A stretch of DNA of 64,000 bases, from positions 19,158,001-19,222,000 of the forward strand of contig OZ024761.1 in the NCBI GenBank assembly GCA_964016885.1, given 5' to 3'. The translations under genes were made by a program, and so were the position numbers. Shown piece by piece: positions 14,061-28,495 of the stretch. A model generated the notes under the pieces. The model ran no database searches and was not told the DNA's origin. It saw only the letters and a list, made by a program, of their open reading frames with translations. Numbering within the stretch: position 1 is the first letter of the stretch; each line of letters begins with the position of its first letter. This DNA is from Eledone cirrhosa. Lineage: Eukaryota.

Positions 14061-14839
14061 GAGAGAGAGGGGACGGAATGAGAAGGAGGGGGAGTGATAA
14101 TTGAAACAAAATAAGGTTTGATTATGTAACTAACAAAAACTAGAAATAGAATTATGGAATAAGGGGATAATGGAATAAGGGGTTAAGAGAGAGAGAGAGG
14201 GGGGAGGGAATAGGGGATTTATGGAATATGAGAGAATGTGGAATTACGGTGTAAAGTGGCAGAAATAGGGGTGGAGGAGGAGGGAGGTATGGAATAATTG
14301 AGGGTCATTGAGAGGGGGAGATGGAGTGTGTGAGAGAGAAGGAGGGATAGAGAGATAGTGTGAAAGAGAGGGGGGAGATAAATTATGTAAGAGAGGAGGA
14401 GGGAGGATAGACAGAGATGGATAAAGAGAAAGATAGTGTGAAAGAGAGGGAGGGATAGAGAGATAGTGTGAAAGAGAGGGGGCGGAGAGATGGAGAGTAA
14501 GAGAGAGGGGGATAGAGAGGGTGAGAGTGACATAAAGGAGGAAAGGTATAGAGAAACGAACAGACAGACAGACGACAGACATACGACAGGCAGACAGACA
14601 GACGACAGACAGATAGACAGACGACAGACAGACAGATAGACGACAGACAGACAGACGACAGACAAACAGAGAGACAGATAGATAGATAGATAGATAGAGA
14701 GAGGGGGGAGAGGGGCAAGGTGATAGATAGCTAGAGGGATGTGGGAAGGGAGGGGGTAAGAAGAATGTAATAACTGAAACCCAGAGAGAGAGAGTGAGAT
14801 ACAGACGTGAAAGGAGGGGGGAGAATAGACAGAGAGCTA

Positions 14840-14884
<45 letters not shown>

Positions 14885-15232
14885 AGAGAGGGGGGGGTAG
14901 GTATAGGTGAGATATTAGAGAGAGTATTGGAAGGTAAGGGGGTAGGAGGGGGTGAGACAAGGTTAAGAAATGGCAGTGTTAATGTTGTAATTGTGTTAAG
15001 GGCTGCAGGCTTCTTTAGAGCCTAGCAAAGATTTAGATCCTGGTGTGTGTATATATATATATGTATGTATATGTATGTATATGTATGTGTGTATGTATGT
15101 GTGTATATATATATGTGTGTGTGTGTGTATGTATGTGTGTGTAATGTATATAAATGTATATATATATATATATATTAATATACATGCATTTGCACATATA
15201 TAAAGAGTGAGTATATATGTATATATACAGAG

Positions 15233-15293
<61 letters not shown>

Positions 15294-15347
15294 TATACAT
15301 GCATTTGCACATATATAAAGAGTGAGTATATATGTATATATACAGAG

Positions 15348-15423
<76 letters not shown>

Positions 15424-15488
15424 AGATATAGACACACACTATATATATATATATGTGTATGTGTGTACGTACACACACACACACACAC

Positions 15489-15532
<44 letters not shown>

Positions 15533-16183
15533 AAAGGTGGAATAATCACTGAGGTTGAGGGGCTGATAATCAGTATTTCATCTATTAATAATTATATATA
15601 TATATATATAATTATGTGTGTATATATATGTGTGTGTATATATATGTGTGTGTATATATATATGTGTGTGTATATATGTGTGTGTATATATATGTGTGTG
15701 TATATATATGTGTGTGTGTGTGTGTTAATGAAAACGGCAGGTGAAGTCAGACAATCAGAAATTGAATTAAAAAAAGAATGAGAGATATAGACAGGTAGAC
15801 AGACATAGTGAGAGAGTGAGAGAGTAAAAGAGAAGAGTGTGTGTGTTTATGTGTGTGTGTGTGTATGTGTATTTGTGTGTATACGTGAGTGTGTGTATCA
15901 GTGAGAGGGAGAGTGTGTGCGTGTATGTAAGTGTATTTGTGTGTATACGTGAGAGAGAGAGTGTGTGTGTTTATGTGTGTGTGTGTGTATGTGTATTTGT
16001 GTGTATACGTGAATGTGTGTATCAGTGAGAGAGTGTGTGTGTGTATGTAAGTGTATTTGTGTGTATACGTGAATGTGTGTATCAGTGAGAGAGAGAGTGT
16101 GTGTGTGTGTATGTAAGTGTATTTGTGTGCATATATGAGTGTGTTTATATATGTGTGTGTGTATCAGTGAGAGAGAGTGTGTT

Positions 16184-16221
<38 letters not shown>

Positions 16222-16989
16222 AAGAGACCATAGTGATATAATGTTGATAATAATATTAAAAATATTTGGTCACGTGTCAAATGGTGAACAAGAACTGCCT
16301 GACTCGTTGGGTGTCTTTTAAACTTTAATATTTGGTGGTGGTGGGTGGAGGTGGGGTGGTGGGTGGGTGCTGTGAAGGGTGGGTGGGTGGGTGGGTAGAG
16401 GTGAGGCGTGGGTGGGTGGGGTGGGTAGAGGTGAGGTGAAGTGGTGGGATGGGGTAGGGTGAAGTGTGGTGGGGTGGGTAGAAGTGGGATGAGGGGTGGG
16501 TGGGTATAGGTGAGGTGAGGTGAAGTGGTGGGATGGGTGGGCTGGGTAGAGGTGAGGTGAAGTGTGGGTGGGGTGAGGTGAAGTGGTGGGATGGGTGGGC
16601 TGGGTAGAGGTGAGGTGAAGTGTGGGTGGGGTGAGGTGAAGTGGTGGGATGGGGTGGGCTGGGTAGAGGTGAGGTGAAGTGGTGGGTGGGGTTAGGTGGG
16701 GTGGGCAGGGTGAGTGGAGGTGGAGTGGGGTAGGTAGGGTGAGTGGAGGTGAAGTGGTGGGTGGGGGTGGGAGTCTAGAGGTTGTGTTTGGTGGAGGTGT
16801 GATGATTGTGGTGGAGGTAATGGCGATGATGGTGTTGTTGGTGATGACGATGGAGGTGGTGATGATGATGATTGTGGTGGTGGTGGTGGTAGTAGTAGTA
16901 GTAGTAGCAGCAGCAGCAGTAGCAGTAGTAGTTGTAGTAGTAGTAGTAGTTGTAGTAGTAGTAATAGTAGTAGTAGTAGCAGTAGTAGT

Positions 16990-17021
<32 letters not shown>

Positions 17022-17602
17022 TAGTAGTAATAGTAGTAGTAGTAGTAGTCATGGGTTTATCTATTTTTTTGAATTTCAAAATAACTAAATAAATAAATAA
17101 AATGTATATATTGAAAAATAAAATGGATGACGTCATTAAAAAAGGGGCGGAGAAAGTGAAAGGGACAGGGACAAATAAAGGGAAAGAAAAGGGATCAAGA
17201 AATCATGGGGTGGTTGGGATGGATTTTTTAAAAGGGGGAGTCGTGTTACATACGATTCTGGGTTTCAAAGGTTTATATATAATGGGGGACATTGTAAAGT
17301 TTAACTTTGACATGTGTGTATGTATATATGTATATATGTATATATGTGTGTGTGTTTGTGTTTAAGTATATATGTATGTATGTGTATGTGTGTGTATGTA
17401 CGCACGTATGTATGTATATATGTGTGTGTATTTGTGTTTATGTATATATGTGTTTGTGTGTGTGTATATATATATATGTACGCAGGTATGTATATGTGTG
17501 TGTATTTGTGTTTAAGTATATATAAATGTATGTGTGTGTATGTATGTGTATATGTATATACGCACGTATGTATGTATATATGTGTGTGTATTTGTGTTTA
17601 AG

Positions 17603-17635
<33 letters not shown>

Positions 17636-17831
17636 AAATGTACGCACGTATGTATGTATAATTGAATTTATGTATGTATGTATCTACACACGTATTTATG
17701 TATATATGTGTATATGTGTGTATGTACGTATATATGTGAGTATGTGTGTGTCTGTATGTATATATGTAAGAGAAAAGTCAAGAAGGAAAGCATACGAGAG
17801 AACTATATAGTACAATGACACGCACACACAC

Positions 17832-17906
<75 letters not shown>

Positions 17907-17990
17907 AAAGGTAGACAGAAATAACAAAGCAAACGACACAGTACATTGAAGAAAGATATTAGTTTAACGCTTAAAATAGCAGGGAAAGAG

Positions 17991-18028
17991 TCTTAACATT
18001 TCGGACACAACAGTCCTTCGTCAGAAGA
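17991..18028 (-). ncRNA. Minimal type I hammerhead motif (probably degenerate)
   Basis: Reverse complement: tctt-CTGACGA-a-ggac-tgttgt-gtcc-GAAA-tg-TT-aaga. Confidence 0.55.
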
Positions 18029-18504
18029 TAGAGTTAGAAATATACGATAAAATAGAAAGATAAAGAGGAAAAAAGTGGGGTTGGGGGAACACATTCTGCA
18101 AACATATTCAGTCAGCCATTTTGGACTGGAAGTATAACTGGCTGGCTTGCTGGTTGGTTGGTTGAATGAGTGACTGGCCGGCTTTTGGATGGATGAATAG
18201 ATGAATAGATGGATGGATGGGTGGATGTGTGAATGGGTAGATCGATGGGAATGTGGACGGGTAGGTGGATAAGTGACTGGGAAAATGGATGGGTAGGTGT
18301 CTAGCTGACTGACGTTGGGTGGCTAGCTGGTTAGCTGCTTAATCGGTCGACTGGCCAGTCAGATGGTCAAAGTAACGATGTAATTACTGGAACTCACCAA
18401 CAATGCAACGTGTTATGAATAAATAAATAAGCATACATTAGCCACATCTTTGTCAATTTTTGGTCTGGCTTGGGTGTTAAGTCTCGTGGTTAAAACACGT
18501 GACA

Positions 18505-18610
18505 CGTGGCTTAGTGGTTAGGGTGGTGGACTGATTATCACAAAGCCGTGAGTTCGATTCCTGGACAAAGCAGTACGTTGTGTTCTTGGGCAAGACGCTC
18601 CATTTCACGA
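18505..18610 (+). mobile_element. Second tRNA-derived SINE family (copies at ~46017-46135 +, ~62870-62985 -, ~45500-45650 -)
   Basis: gtggcttagtggttag A-box, gagttcgattcc B-box, then gttgtgttcttgggcaagac. Confidence 0.65.
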
Positions 18611-18629
18611 TAATTTGACTGGAGACTCT

Positions 18630-19020
18630 TATTATTAAAACACTCAAGAAACCTTCTATAAAATACAACCTTGTAGGAGGCCAGTTAAACCTACGTATAT
18701 GTGAGCTGTAACAACAGCATAATACTGGGACCCCTTTCATTAAAACACCCCAAGAAACCTTCTATAAGATACAACCTCATAGGAGACCAGCTAAACGTAC
18801 ATAGATGTAAGCTGTAACAACATGATAAGATTGAATAAACCTATCATTAAAACCTCCTATAAGATACAACCTTGTAGGCGGTCAGTTAAACCTACGTAAA
18901 TGTGAGCTGTAACAACATGATACGACTAAGGGCCCAAATCATTAAAACACCCGTGGAACCTCCTGTGAGGTGATACCTCATAGAAGGTCACGAAAACCTA
19001 CATAGATGTGATCTGTAAAG
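18630..19020. repeat. ~105 bp tandem repeat, about 4 units
   Basis: Recurring attaaaacac...aagatacaacct...gtgagctgtaacaaca. Confidence 0.75.
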
Positions 19021-19137
19021 TTCATTTTTTTTTTACATTTTTACATAGCTTTTCGTCATCGTGTCCAGAAATATTATCAAAATCGACTGGTTTCGTCTCT
19101 GTAAAGACTTGACAAGGTGCAAAGGTCCAACGATAAT

Positions 19138-19545
19138 GGTTGCTAATATAGGCACAAGGCCAGCAATTGGGGGAGGGGAAAGTCGATTAAATTGACCCCA
19201 GTGCATTACTGGTACTTTATTTTGTCGACCCAGTAAGGATGAAAGGCAAAGCTAACCTCGGCGGAATTTGAAATCAGAACGTAAAGGACCATGACTCTAT
19301 GCTGCAAAGCATGGTGTCCGTCGCTCTACCGATACTGCCTATCCCCCACCCTAATAATGATTTCTAGTATAGGCACAAGGATAGCAATTTGGCGAAGGGG
19401 AAAGTCGATTAAATTGACACCAGTATATTACTGGTACTTTATTTTATCGACCCCGTAAGGATGAAAAGTAACGTTAACCTCGGCAGGATTTGAACTCATA
19501 ACGTAAAGGGTCATAACTCTATGCTGCAAAGCATGGTGTCTGACG
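19138..19545 (-). mobile_element. Two tandem tRNA-derived SINE copies
   Basis: Reverse complement of the 7593 family, twice. Confidence 0.8.
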
Positions 19546-19943
19546 CATGTACAGTATATATACTGAAGACCACCACCACCACTACCACCACCATCCTAAT
19601 CCCAAAGCTGTAACGGAAGGTCTGCTTAAGTAACAAACACGCATCGTAACACAACTAACAATGTGGAAATATATTTATTACTGGGGAAATGAAAATATAT
19701 TTGGACATTGGTCGTAGTGCTGTGTCCGAGTCGGGGTCAGAGCTGGGGATCGGAATTAGGGGAAGGGGAAAGGGGGAGGGAAAGAATAAGGGCGACATTG
19801 AAAGCAAATCTATGGATATAAGACTAGGGGTTTCCTCCTAATTCAGATAAACGACGGGGCTTTTATTAAATCTTGTTAACAAGACAGACAGACACACGTC
19901 GTCTGCAACTGCCGTGGAAAATCCCGTGTGGGTTCAATCGTAT

Positions 19944-20006
<63 letters not shown>

Positions 20007-20169
20007 AACATACATACACATATATATATATACACACACACACACATATACACACACACATATATATATACATACACACACACAAACATACATACACATA
20101 TATATATATACACACACACACACACATACACACACACATATATATATATACATACACACACACAAACAT

Positions 20170-20208
<39 letters not shown>

Positions 20209-20223
20209 CACACACACACATAT

Positions 20224-20274
<51 letters not shown>

Positions 20275-20297
20275 TATACATACACACACACACATAT

Positions 20298-20358
<61 letters not shown>

Positions 20359-20636
20359 CACACACATTCCTTCTCCCTTTCTTTTAACTCTTTCTGTGTT
20401 CTATTATATATGTACAGTCACACTCATATATACACATATATATATATACATACATATACATACATATACAAACATACATGCATACACATATATACATACA
20501 TAGTGGTGTCTTAATGTGTTGGTGGGGGTGATGGCGGTATTATTTTTCTTACTTTTCTTCTTCTTTACTCACAAATCCCCAAAATCTTGAACTCTCTCTC
20601 ACCCCCTCTCTCTCTCACACCCTCTCTCTCTCACTC

Positions 20637-20716
<80 letters not shown>

Positions 20717-21520
20717 CTGTCTATCTTCCTCTGTCCACCACCACCACCATCACCACTACCACCATTACCACCACCACCACTACCACTACTACCACCACAA
20801 CCACCACCACTACCACCACCACCACCACTTCAGGGTCGCCGTCGTTACCACAGCTCTCCAATATTACTGCCACCGCCACCACCAATCACCTCCTCCTACT
20901 CCTCCTCCTGGTTTTGTTACCACCCTCTCTTATCACCTCCTCCCACTATCTCATTATGTCTGGTCTTCCAAGACAAACGAGAAAACGATATAGATAGATA
21001 GATAGATAGATAGATAGTAGGTAGATAGGTAGATAGAGGGGATGAGAGAGGGAGAGATAAACAGACAGAGGGCGGGGTGACATAGTCAGAGAGAGAGAGA
21101 GACACACAGACAGACAGATCGATAGATAGACAGATAGGCAAACAGATTGATGAAAAGCGGCAGTGAGAGAGAAAGAGAGAGAGGGGAGGAATGGGAGGGA
21201 GAGGGGGAATGGGAGAGAGAGGGAGACAGAGGTATACAGACAGAAAAGGACACACAGAGAGCTAGGCAGACAGATAGATAGTGTGTGTGTGTGTGTGTGT
21301 TTAAGGTGAAGGGGCCGCTTGTAACCACAAAAACAACAAAAATTAATAAGTAGAAATAATGTCAATATATGGACAGAGTCGCCGTTAGCTATGTTGGACA
21401 GCCACACAATCTGGTCTGTATACATATATATACATATATATAATATATAAGCATACATACATCTATACACACACACATACATATAAATGCACATTTATGC
21501 ATGTGTACATATTACATGCA

Positions 21521-22130
21521 TGGTGGCTGCCAACTCGTTTTCGAGTACGGCCACTACTTTATATCCATGTAGGAGAACCCCTACCGATGCGCTGAACGAG
21601 TGTGACTTTTCAGTCCGGCCAGTGACTTGAAAACCCTGGTACAAACACTACACATGTGACAATTATTGACACATACTGCTGGGCCCATGGTGCCATGTGA
21701 CGACAAGTGCAGAGAGATCTCCAGATATAAAGCAATGCCTGTGCCGTGAAGTTTTTATAGTGAGCAAAGGCACTGCACAAAGCCAGTCCCACTCTCTTAA
21801 CCAAGATGATATTTACCAAAAAGAAGAACAAGTCAACATCATTGGATATCATCAGGGTTGCAGGTGTGATATCAGAGTTTTCCTTCTCCTAGAATTCTGC
21901 CTTGACAAAGGCTAAGGGGTCATCTCTCCCGGTGATTTTGGATGGCCATTGACTTTTAAGAGCTCCTTTGCCCTTTGACAGGTTTTGTTTTTAGTCCTGC
22001 AGGATGTCCAAAGTCACCCTCCTCACCAAGAAACCTTGGTGGGGTTGCCAGTTTAGTCGCCAACGACCCGACCATGGGACAGGTTGTACTGGGATACATG
22101 TTACCAGTAGCACCAACTGGTGACCTGACA
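21521..22130 (-). mobile_element. ~610 bp RTE-like non-autonomous element, apparently complete
   Basis: Matches 38385-38960 in reverse; 3' part encodes a degenerate C2H2 zinc-finger motif typical of RTE ORF ends; microsatellite flanks. Confidence 0.65.
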
Positions 22131-22557
22131 CATTACATGCATACATACATACATACACACAAACATACATATATACATACATACCTATATACATAGGTGC
22201 ATTCATATATGCATACATATATACGAACATATATGTATGCATACATGTGAACATACATATATGCATATATATATATATGCATGCTCCGTTGATATAATGA
22301 TGTGAAGTCACAACATCCGGGGTCTTACACTCATCTTGAATAAAAGAGAAACAAAAGTACGAACTAATTTCTACTTGCCGACATATGTACTAATTCTTCC
22401 TATAAAATTTCAAAGAATAAGCTCGTGCATTTTTATTTAATTTTTATATTCGTTATTTTACTATACACCTATGACATATTATTGCAGACATACATACACA
22501 TCCGTACATATACATACAAGCCATACTATACATACATACATATATATATATATGTAT

Positions 22558-22758
22558 ATAGGAAAAGAGTCAGGACCCCGACGGCAGAGCTCCGGCCGTT
22601 TTGACAACTAGATCCGAACAGATCGGATCTAGCTGTCGAAACGGCCGGAGCTCTGCCGTCGGGGTACTGACTCGTTTCCTATTACCCACTCTTCTACCCT
22701 AAGTATCGAGTACTCTGGTGCGTTACGGTCCACCTTGTATCTTACCACACATTCCTTG

Positions 22759-22770
<12 letters not shown>
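22558..22770 (+). mobile_element. Asymmetric fold-back element (gaccccgacggc family) with tail
   Basis: Arms ~22559-22617 and 22623-22682, tail to 22770; relatives at 8905-8950, 31880-31966, 32702-32910, 42458-42562 and 59688-59747. Confidence 0.65.
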
Positions 22771-22798
<28 letters not shown>

Positions 22799-22903
22799 TC
22801 CGGATTACTTTTGAAACTACAGCTGGAACCGTCGAGCAAACTCTACGTGAGCTGTCCATCTACTGTGTGTAATATTCATATTACAACACTACGGAAAATA
22901 CTG

Positions 22904-22955
<52 letters not shown>

Positions 22956-22997
22956 AAGATAAACGACACGTAGACGGAGATACAATAACACACACAC

Positions 22998-23037
<40 letters not shown>

Positions 23038-24247
23038 CACATGTTATAATACAAGTGATACACACACAATAATATTATTCAGTTAAAAACACGGTTTTTC
23101 CCTATTTTATAATGTCTCTTTTTTATTTTCCTTCCTATTTTCTGAATTGTTCTCTAAATAATTTATTATAATCCTCATAGAATTCCGTCTTATCCTACTT
23201 AATCACTAACTCACCCTTTCACTCGTTTACCAACTTTCCAACCCACCCGTTAACCCATTTACCAACCCTCCAACCCACACTTTACCCGTTTACCAACCTT
23301 CCAAACTACCCCTTTACCAACTTCCCAGACTACCCGTTTACCATATTTTAGACAGGAGCACTGTAGATGTAAAAAAATTATAAAGAAACGGGGGCTAAAA
23401 GCGAAAGCAACAACAAAAGATAGCTCAACGTTAATCTCTCTCTAAGCGTTTCAGATTATATAACGTTTGCAACAAAGAACCACAACAACAACAACAACAA
23501 CAACAACAACGAAAATGATGACAGATGACAACAACACCAGCAACAACAACTACGACGAAAACGTCGACAATAACAACAATGACATTGATATTTCGAAGTT
23601 AAAGCCTCCTTTTTCAAAAGAAAAATGAGTGTAGTGGTAGTGTTGATGGTGAAAGCGACGGCGGTGATGGGAGTGGGTATGATGGTGGTGGTGGTGGTGG
23701 TGGTGGAGGTGGTGGTTGTGGTGGTGGTAGTGATGGCGGTGGTGGTGGTAGTGATGGTGGTGGTGGTGGCAGTGATGGCGGTGGTGGTGGTAGTGATGGT
23801 GTTGGTGGCGGTGGTAGTGATGGTGGTGGTCGTCGTCGTGATGGTGGTGGTAGTGATGGCGGTGGTGGTGGTTGTGGTGATGGTGGTGGTAGTGATGGCG
23901 GTGGTGGTGGTTGTTGTGGTGGTGGTAGTGATGGTGGTGGTGGTGGTGTTGGTGGTGATGATGGTGGTGGCGGTGGTCCATTATCAGAACGACAAGGGGA
24001 AACAATAACAACCACAACCGACAATAACCAACAATAATGCCAACAGCGACAACAACAACAACAACAGTAACAATAACATCCACAACAACAGCAGCAATAA
24101 CAACAATAATAACAACAGTAATAACAATAACAAGCACAACAACGACAACAGCAACAATAACAACCATAACAGTGACCGCAACAACAACGACAACAACAAC
24201 AACGACAACTGCCATAACAACAATGACCACAACAATAACAATAATAG

Positions 24248-24585
24248 CGATTTCATTTATTAGCCACAAGGGCCGACATGTAGGGGACAATACAAAGACA
24301 GGGACAGTGGGGGGCTTACAATAAGGTCGAGTAAAAGTGCACAATGGCAAGACTAATTTAACAATGAAGATATACAAATATAAAATAAACTATGCATGAA
24401 TATAACAAAATAAATTCCCCGATAGGGGGTGGACGACCCAGGGGTGACTCAGGTACCCCACCAATCTTGAACCACTCTGCACTTCTAGGGCACCCAGGGA
24501 GAGCACCCCTCTCCTCAAGTTAGCTAGCCTATAGGCGCATGGTCAGAGTAGGCCCATTCACACGGGCCATTCTCGCCACATCCAT
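24248..24585 (-). mobile_element. Tx1-like LINE 3' fragment
   Basis: Shares ccattcacacgggccattctcgccac and the 3' tail with 3893-4478; copies at 34600-34668 (+) and 42993-43145 (-). Confidence 0.55.
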
Positions 24586-24626
24586 CTTTTAGCAAATGTA
24601 CTGGAACAACTACAACAATAACAACG

Positions 24627-24663
<37 letters not shown>

Positions 24664-26424
24664 AACCACAACATATATAAGCTACACACATAGATCTCAG
24701 TAATCTAATTAACTTTACAATTTAAACCAGACTTAATCAGATTAAATTTGATTGGATTACAAAATCAAAGGGAGATAAATGTTGATTGTGTTTCGGGTTT
24801 TTCGTTTGTTTTTTTTTTTTTTTGGGGGGGGGGGGTATTTTATTTTATTATTTTGTTGTTGTTCTTACGGGTGGAATATTTGGTGTAGTGGAGTGGGGTG
24901 GAAGTTTGTTTGTAGTGGGGTGGTGTTGCTAGTAGGGTAGATATTGTCGTTGATGTCACTGTTGTTGGTGGTGGTGGTGATGGTGGTGGGGTTGTTGGTG
25001 TTGGTGGTGATGGTGGTGGTGGTGGTGTTGGTGGTGTTGGTGATGGTAAAGGTGATGTTGTAGTTGTGGATGTTGTTGTTGTTGTTGTTGTCGTGGCTGT
25101 TGTTGTGGCTGTTGTTGTTGTTGTTGTGGCTGTTGTTGTTGTTGTGGCTGCTGTTGTTGTTGTTTATGAAATCGCTATTATGGGGTAAAGGTTGTTGATG
25201 TTGTTGTGGTGGTGGTTATTGTTGTTGTTGTTGTTGTTGCTGTTGTTCTTATTTTTGATGACGGTGTTGTTGTTGTTGTTGTTGTTTGCCTAGACAGATG
25301 TGACAAAACTGTCAGAAAGCGACCGTAAAAAGAAAGTCTCCACCTCTCACACACACTTCCTCCCCCCCCCCTATGTGACCTCTCCGTCCCTCCCCTGTAC
25401 TCCTGTGTCATGTGACATGGCCAGACCACACTGACAAAAGAAATAAAACGCCAAGCTTCATCATATATACATTACAGACTAAGACCACCTCCCCGCCACT
25501 CACCAACATCCACCACTATAATCCAGCTCCACCCACCCCACCACCATCATTCACCCCCTTAACCCAACACCACTCCCCACCACCCATAATCCACCAGCAC
25601 CAACACTACCAATGCCCACCACCACCACCATTCACCACCACCAACACCACCCAACGTCCCCACCATAATCCACCAAACACCATCCGCCTCACCCCCACCA
25701 TTCACTAACACAACCAACAGCCACCAGCACCAGCACCAACACCCACTACCATCAACACCACCACTCACAACCACCATTCGCTAATACCACCAACTACCAC
25801 CATCACCACCACCTACTACCAACCACCAACCACCAATACCACAACCCACTACCACCAACACCACTCACCACCAACACCACTCACCACCAACACCAATCAC
25901 CCCTACCACCACCACAGGAGCCCCTCTCCCACCACCCTCAAACACCACTCACCACCACCACCACCACAGGAGCCCCTCTCCCACCACCCTCAAACACCAC
26001 TCACCACCACAGTCTCTCTCCCGCCTAAAATAAGTGACACGTTAATTTATTTATTTTTCTCAATAATAAAAGACGCTATCATAAAATCCCTTGAGAAAGT
26101 TTTGTTGATTTTTTTCCATTTTTCTTCATTTTTTTTTAATTATTTTTTACTCCCATACGGAAATAATTACGTAGACTTATCGATTTTTAAGGGTGAAATC
26201 GTTAATCCGAGGAAATTGGTAAAGAACGGTGTGGCGAGGTAAGTTGAGAAACCGATATCCGAAACGTAAGGGGTTTTTTATTCGTTATGACAGCCGTCGA
26301 CATTGTTACCAACTAACTTTTCTGGATTTGAACGATTTATTTTTTAAATTCTTATCTTAGTGATGGTAAGAAACTCTCAAGAGAGCTGAACAGCAGTAGG
26401 TTTTCAGAGAAGACCCCCACCTCA

Positions 26425-26510
<86 letters not shown>

Positions 26511-26559
26511 CAGCAAGTGTTTCGGCCCATAGCTTCTACAATGATTTAACAAAAAATAT

Positions 26560-26707
26560 CTAAAGACATATCAGTTAATTCAAATGTTTATAGTATATTT
26601 ACTAGTGGATAGATTATTGTAAAAATTTATATTATTAGAGTAAAGTCTAAAATATTTAATGTGATGCAATCATAGTGTTGTTTTGTACTTTTCAAGAATT
26701 TCTTGCT

Positions 26708-26738
<31 letters not shown>

Positions 26739-28255
26739 CCATTTAACGTCCATCTTCCACGCTAGCATGGGTTAGACGGGTTTGTCCCACTTGAGGCAAG
26801 ATTGGTCGGGTGACCGTGTCTCGATCGTATATAACTGCTTCTGGCTAGTTTTCTACGACTGGATGCCCTCCCTAACGCCAACCACATTTACAATGTGGAC
26901 TGGAAGCCTTTTTGACGTGACTCTTACACGACCACTTTATAGTGTGGACTGGGTGCTTTTTGTCGTGACACCTACACGACCACATCACACTCTGGACTGG
27001 ATGTTCTGTGGTACCAACATAATTTTACAGAGCAAGGTGGTGTGGGCAGAAGTGGGAGGATAATATGTTTAATTCAAATGTTTATAGTATCTTTACTAGT
27101 GGACAGAGCATTGAAAAAAATCTATAGTATTAGAGTAAAGACTTATATATTTAATGTGAATCAGTCAGAGCTGTTTTGTATTTTTCAAGAATGTCTTGTG
27201 GTTTGTTAATGTGGTTTCTTGTGGTTTGTTAATTCAAATGTTTGTAGTATCGTTACTAGTGGACAGATCATTGTAAAAATGTATAGTATGAAAGTCTTCA
27301 ATATTCAATGTGATGCAGTCATCGTGCTGTTTTGTACTTTCCAAGAATGTCTTGCTAATATGTTTAATTGAAATGTTTATAGTATCTTTCCTAGTGGACA
27401 GATTATTGTAAAAATCTACAGTATTAGAGTAAAGACATATATTTAATGTGATGCAGTCACATTGCTGTTTTGTATTTTTCAAGAATGTCTTGCTAATGTG
27501 GTTTCATGTTGATTGTTAATTCAAATGTTTGTAGTATCGTTACTAGTGGGCAGATCATTGTAAAAGTTTACTGCTATAGAACAAAGTTTAACTTTAAATA
27601 TGATGCAGTCATAGGGTTGTACTTTCCAAGAATGTGTTGCTAATGTATTTAATTGAAATGTTTATAGTATCTTTACTAGTGGACAGATTATGGTGAAAAT
27701 TCAGAGTAAATTCAGAGTAAAGACATATATTTAATGTGATGCAGTCATACAGCTGTGTTGTATTATTCAAGAATGTCTTGCTAATGTGGTTTTTTTAATT
27801 CAAATGTTTATAGTATCGTTACTAGGGGACAGATTATGGTGAAAATTTGTAGTATCAGAGTAAAGACTTATATATTTAATGTGATGCAGTCATACAGCTG
27901 TGTTGTATTATTCAAGAATGTCTTGCTAATGTGGTTTTTTTAATTCAAATGTTTATAGTATCGTTACTAGGGGACAGATTATGGTGAAAATTTGTAGTAT
28001 CAGAGTAAAGACTTATATATTTAATGTGATGCAGTCATACAGCTGTGTTGTATTATTCAAGAATGTCTTGCTAATGTGGTTTTTTTAATTCAAATGTTTA
28101 TAGTATCGTTACTAGGGGACAGATTATTGTAAAAATTTGCTGTAATAGAATAAAGTCTAACTTTAAATATGATACAGTCATGGTGTACTTTCCAAGAATG
28201 TCTTACTAATGTGGTTTGTTAATTCAAATGTTTATAGTATTTTTATTAGTGGAGA
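26560..28255. repeat. ~140-145 bp satellite array interrupted by an RTE-like insertion (~26708-27060)
   Basis: Units recur at 27781, 27926 and 28071 (145 bp spacing); motif aatgtgatgcagtcat...caagaatgtcttgctaat...aattcaaatgtttatagtatc. Confidence 0.85.
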
Positions 28256-28455
28256 GTACTAACGCCACCACCACCCATACCACTGTTAATTCCACTCTCT
28301 TGCTCTCATTTTATCAATACCTCTCTCTCACTCTGAGGGTTTCTCTCTCTCTTTCTCTCACACACATACACACACACACTCTGTGTGTATATATATGTAT
28401 GTATATATATATATATAATTCAATTAGTCCTCCCATTTCACTCACTTTTTCTCTT

Positions 28456-28495
<40 letters not shown>

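Noticed and set aside
17127-17136. CRE motif TGACGTCA (also ~30935)
   Set aside because: An 8-mer alone is not evidence of function
19083-19118. Hammerhead-like gtc...gacGAAAccagTC on the minus strand
   Set aside because: No recognisable CTGANGA core
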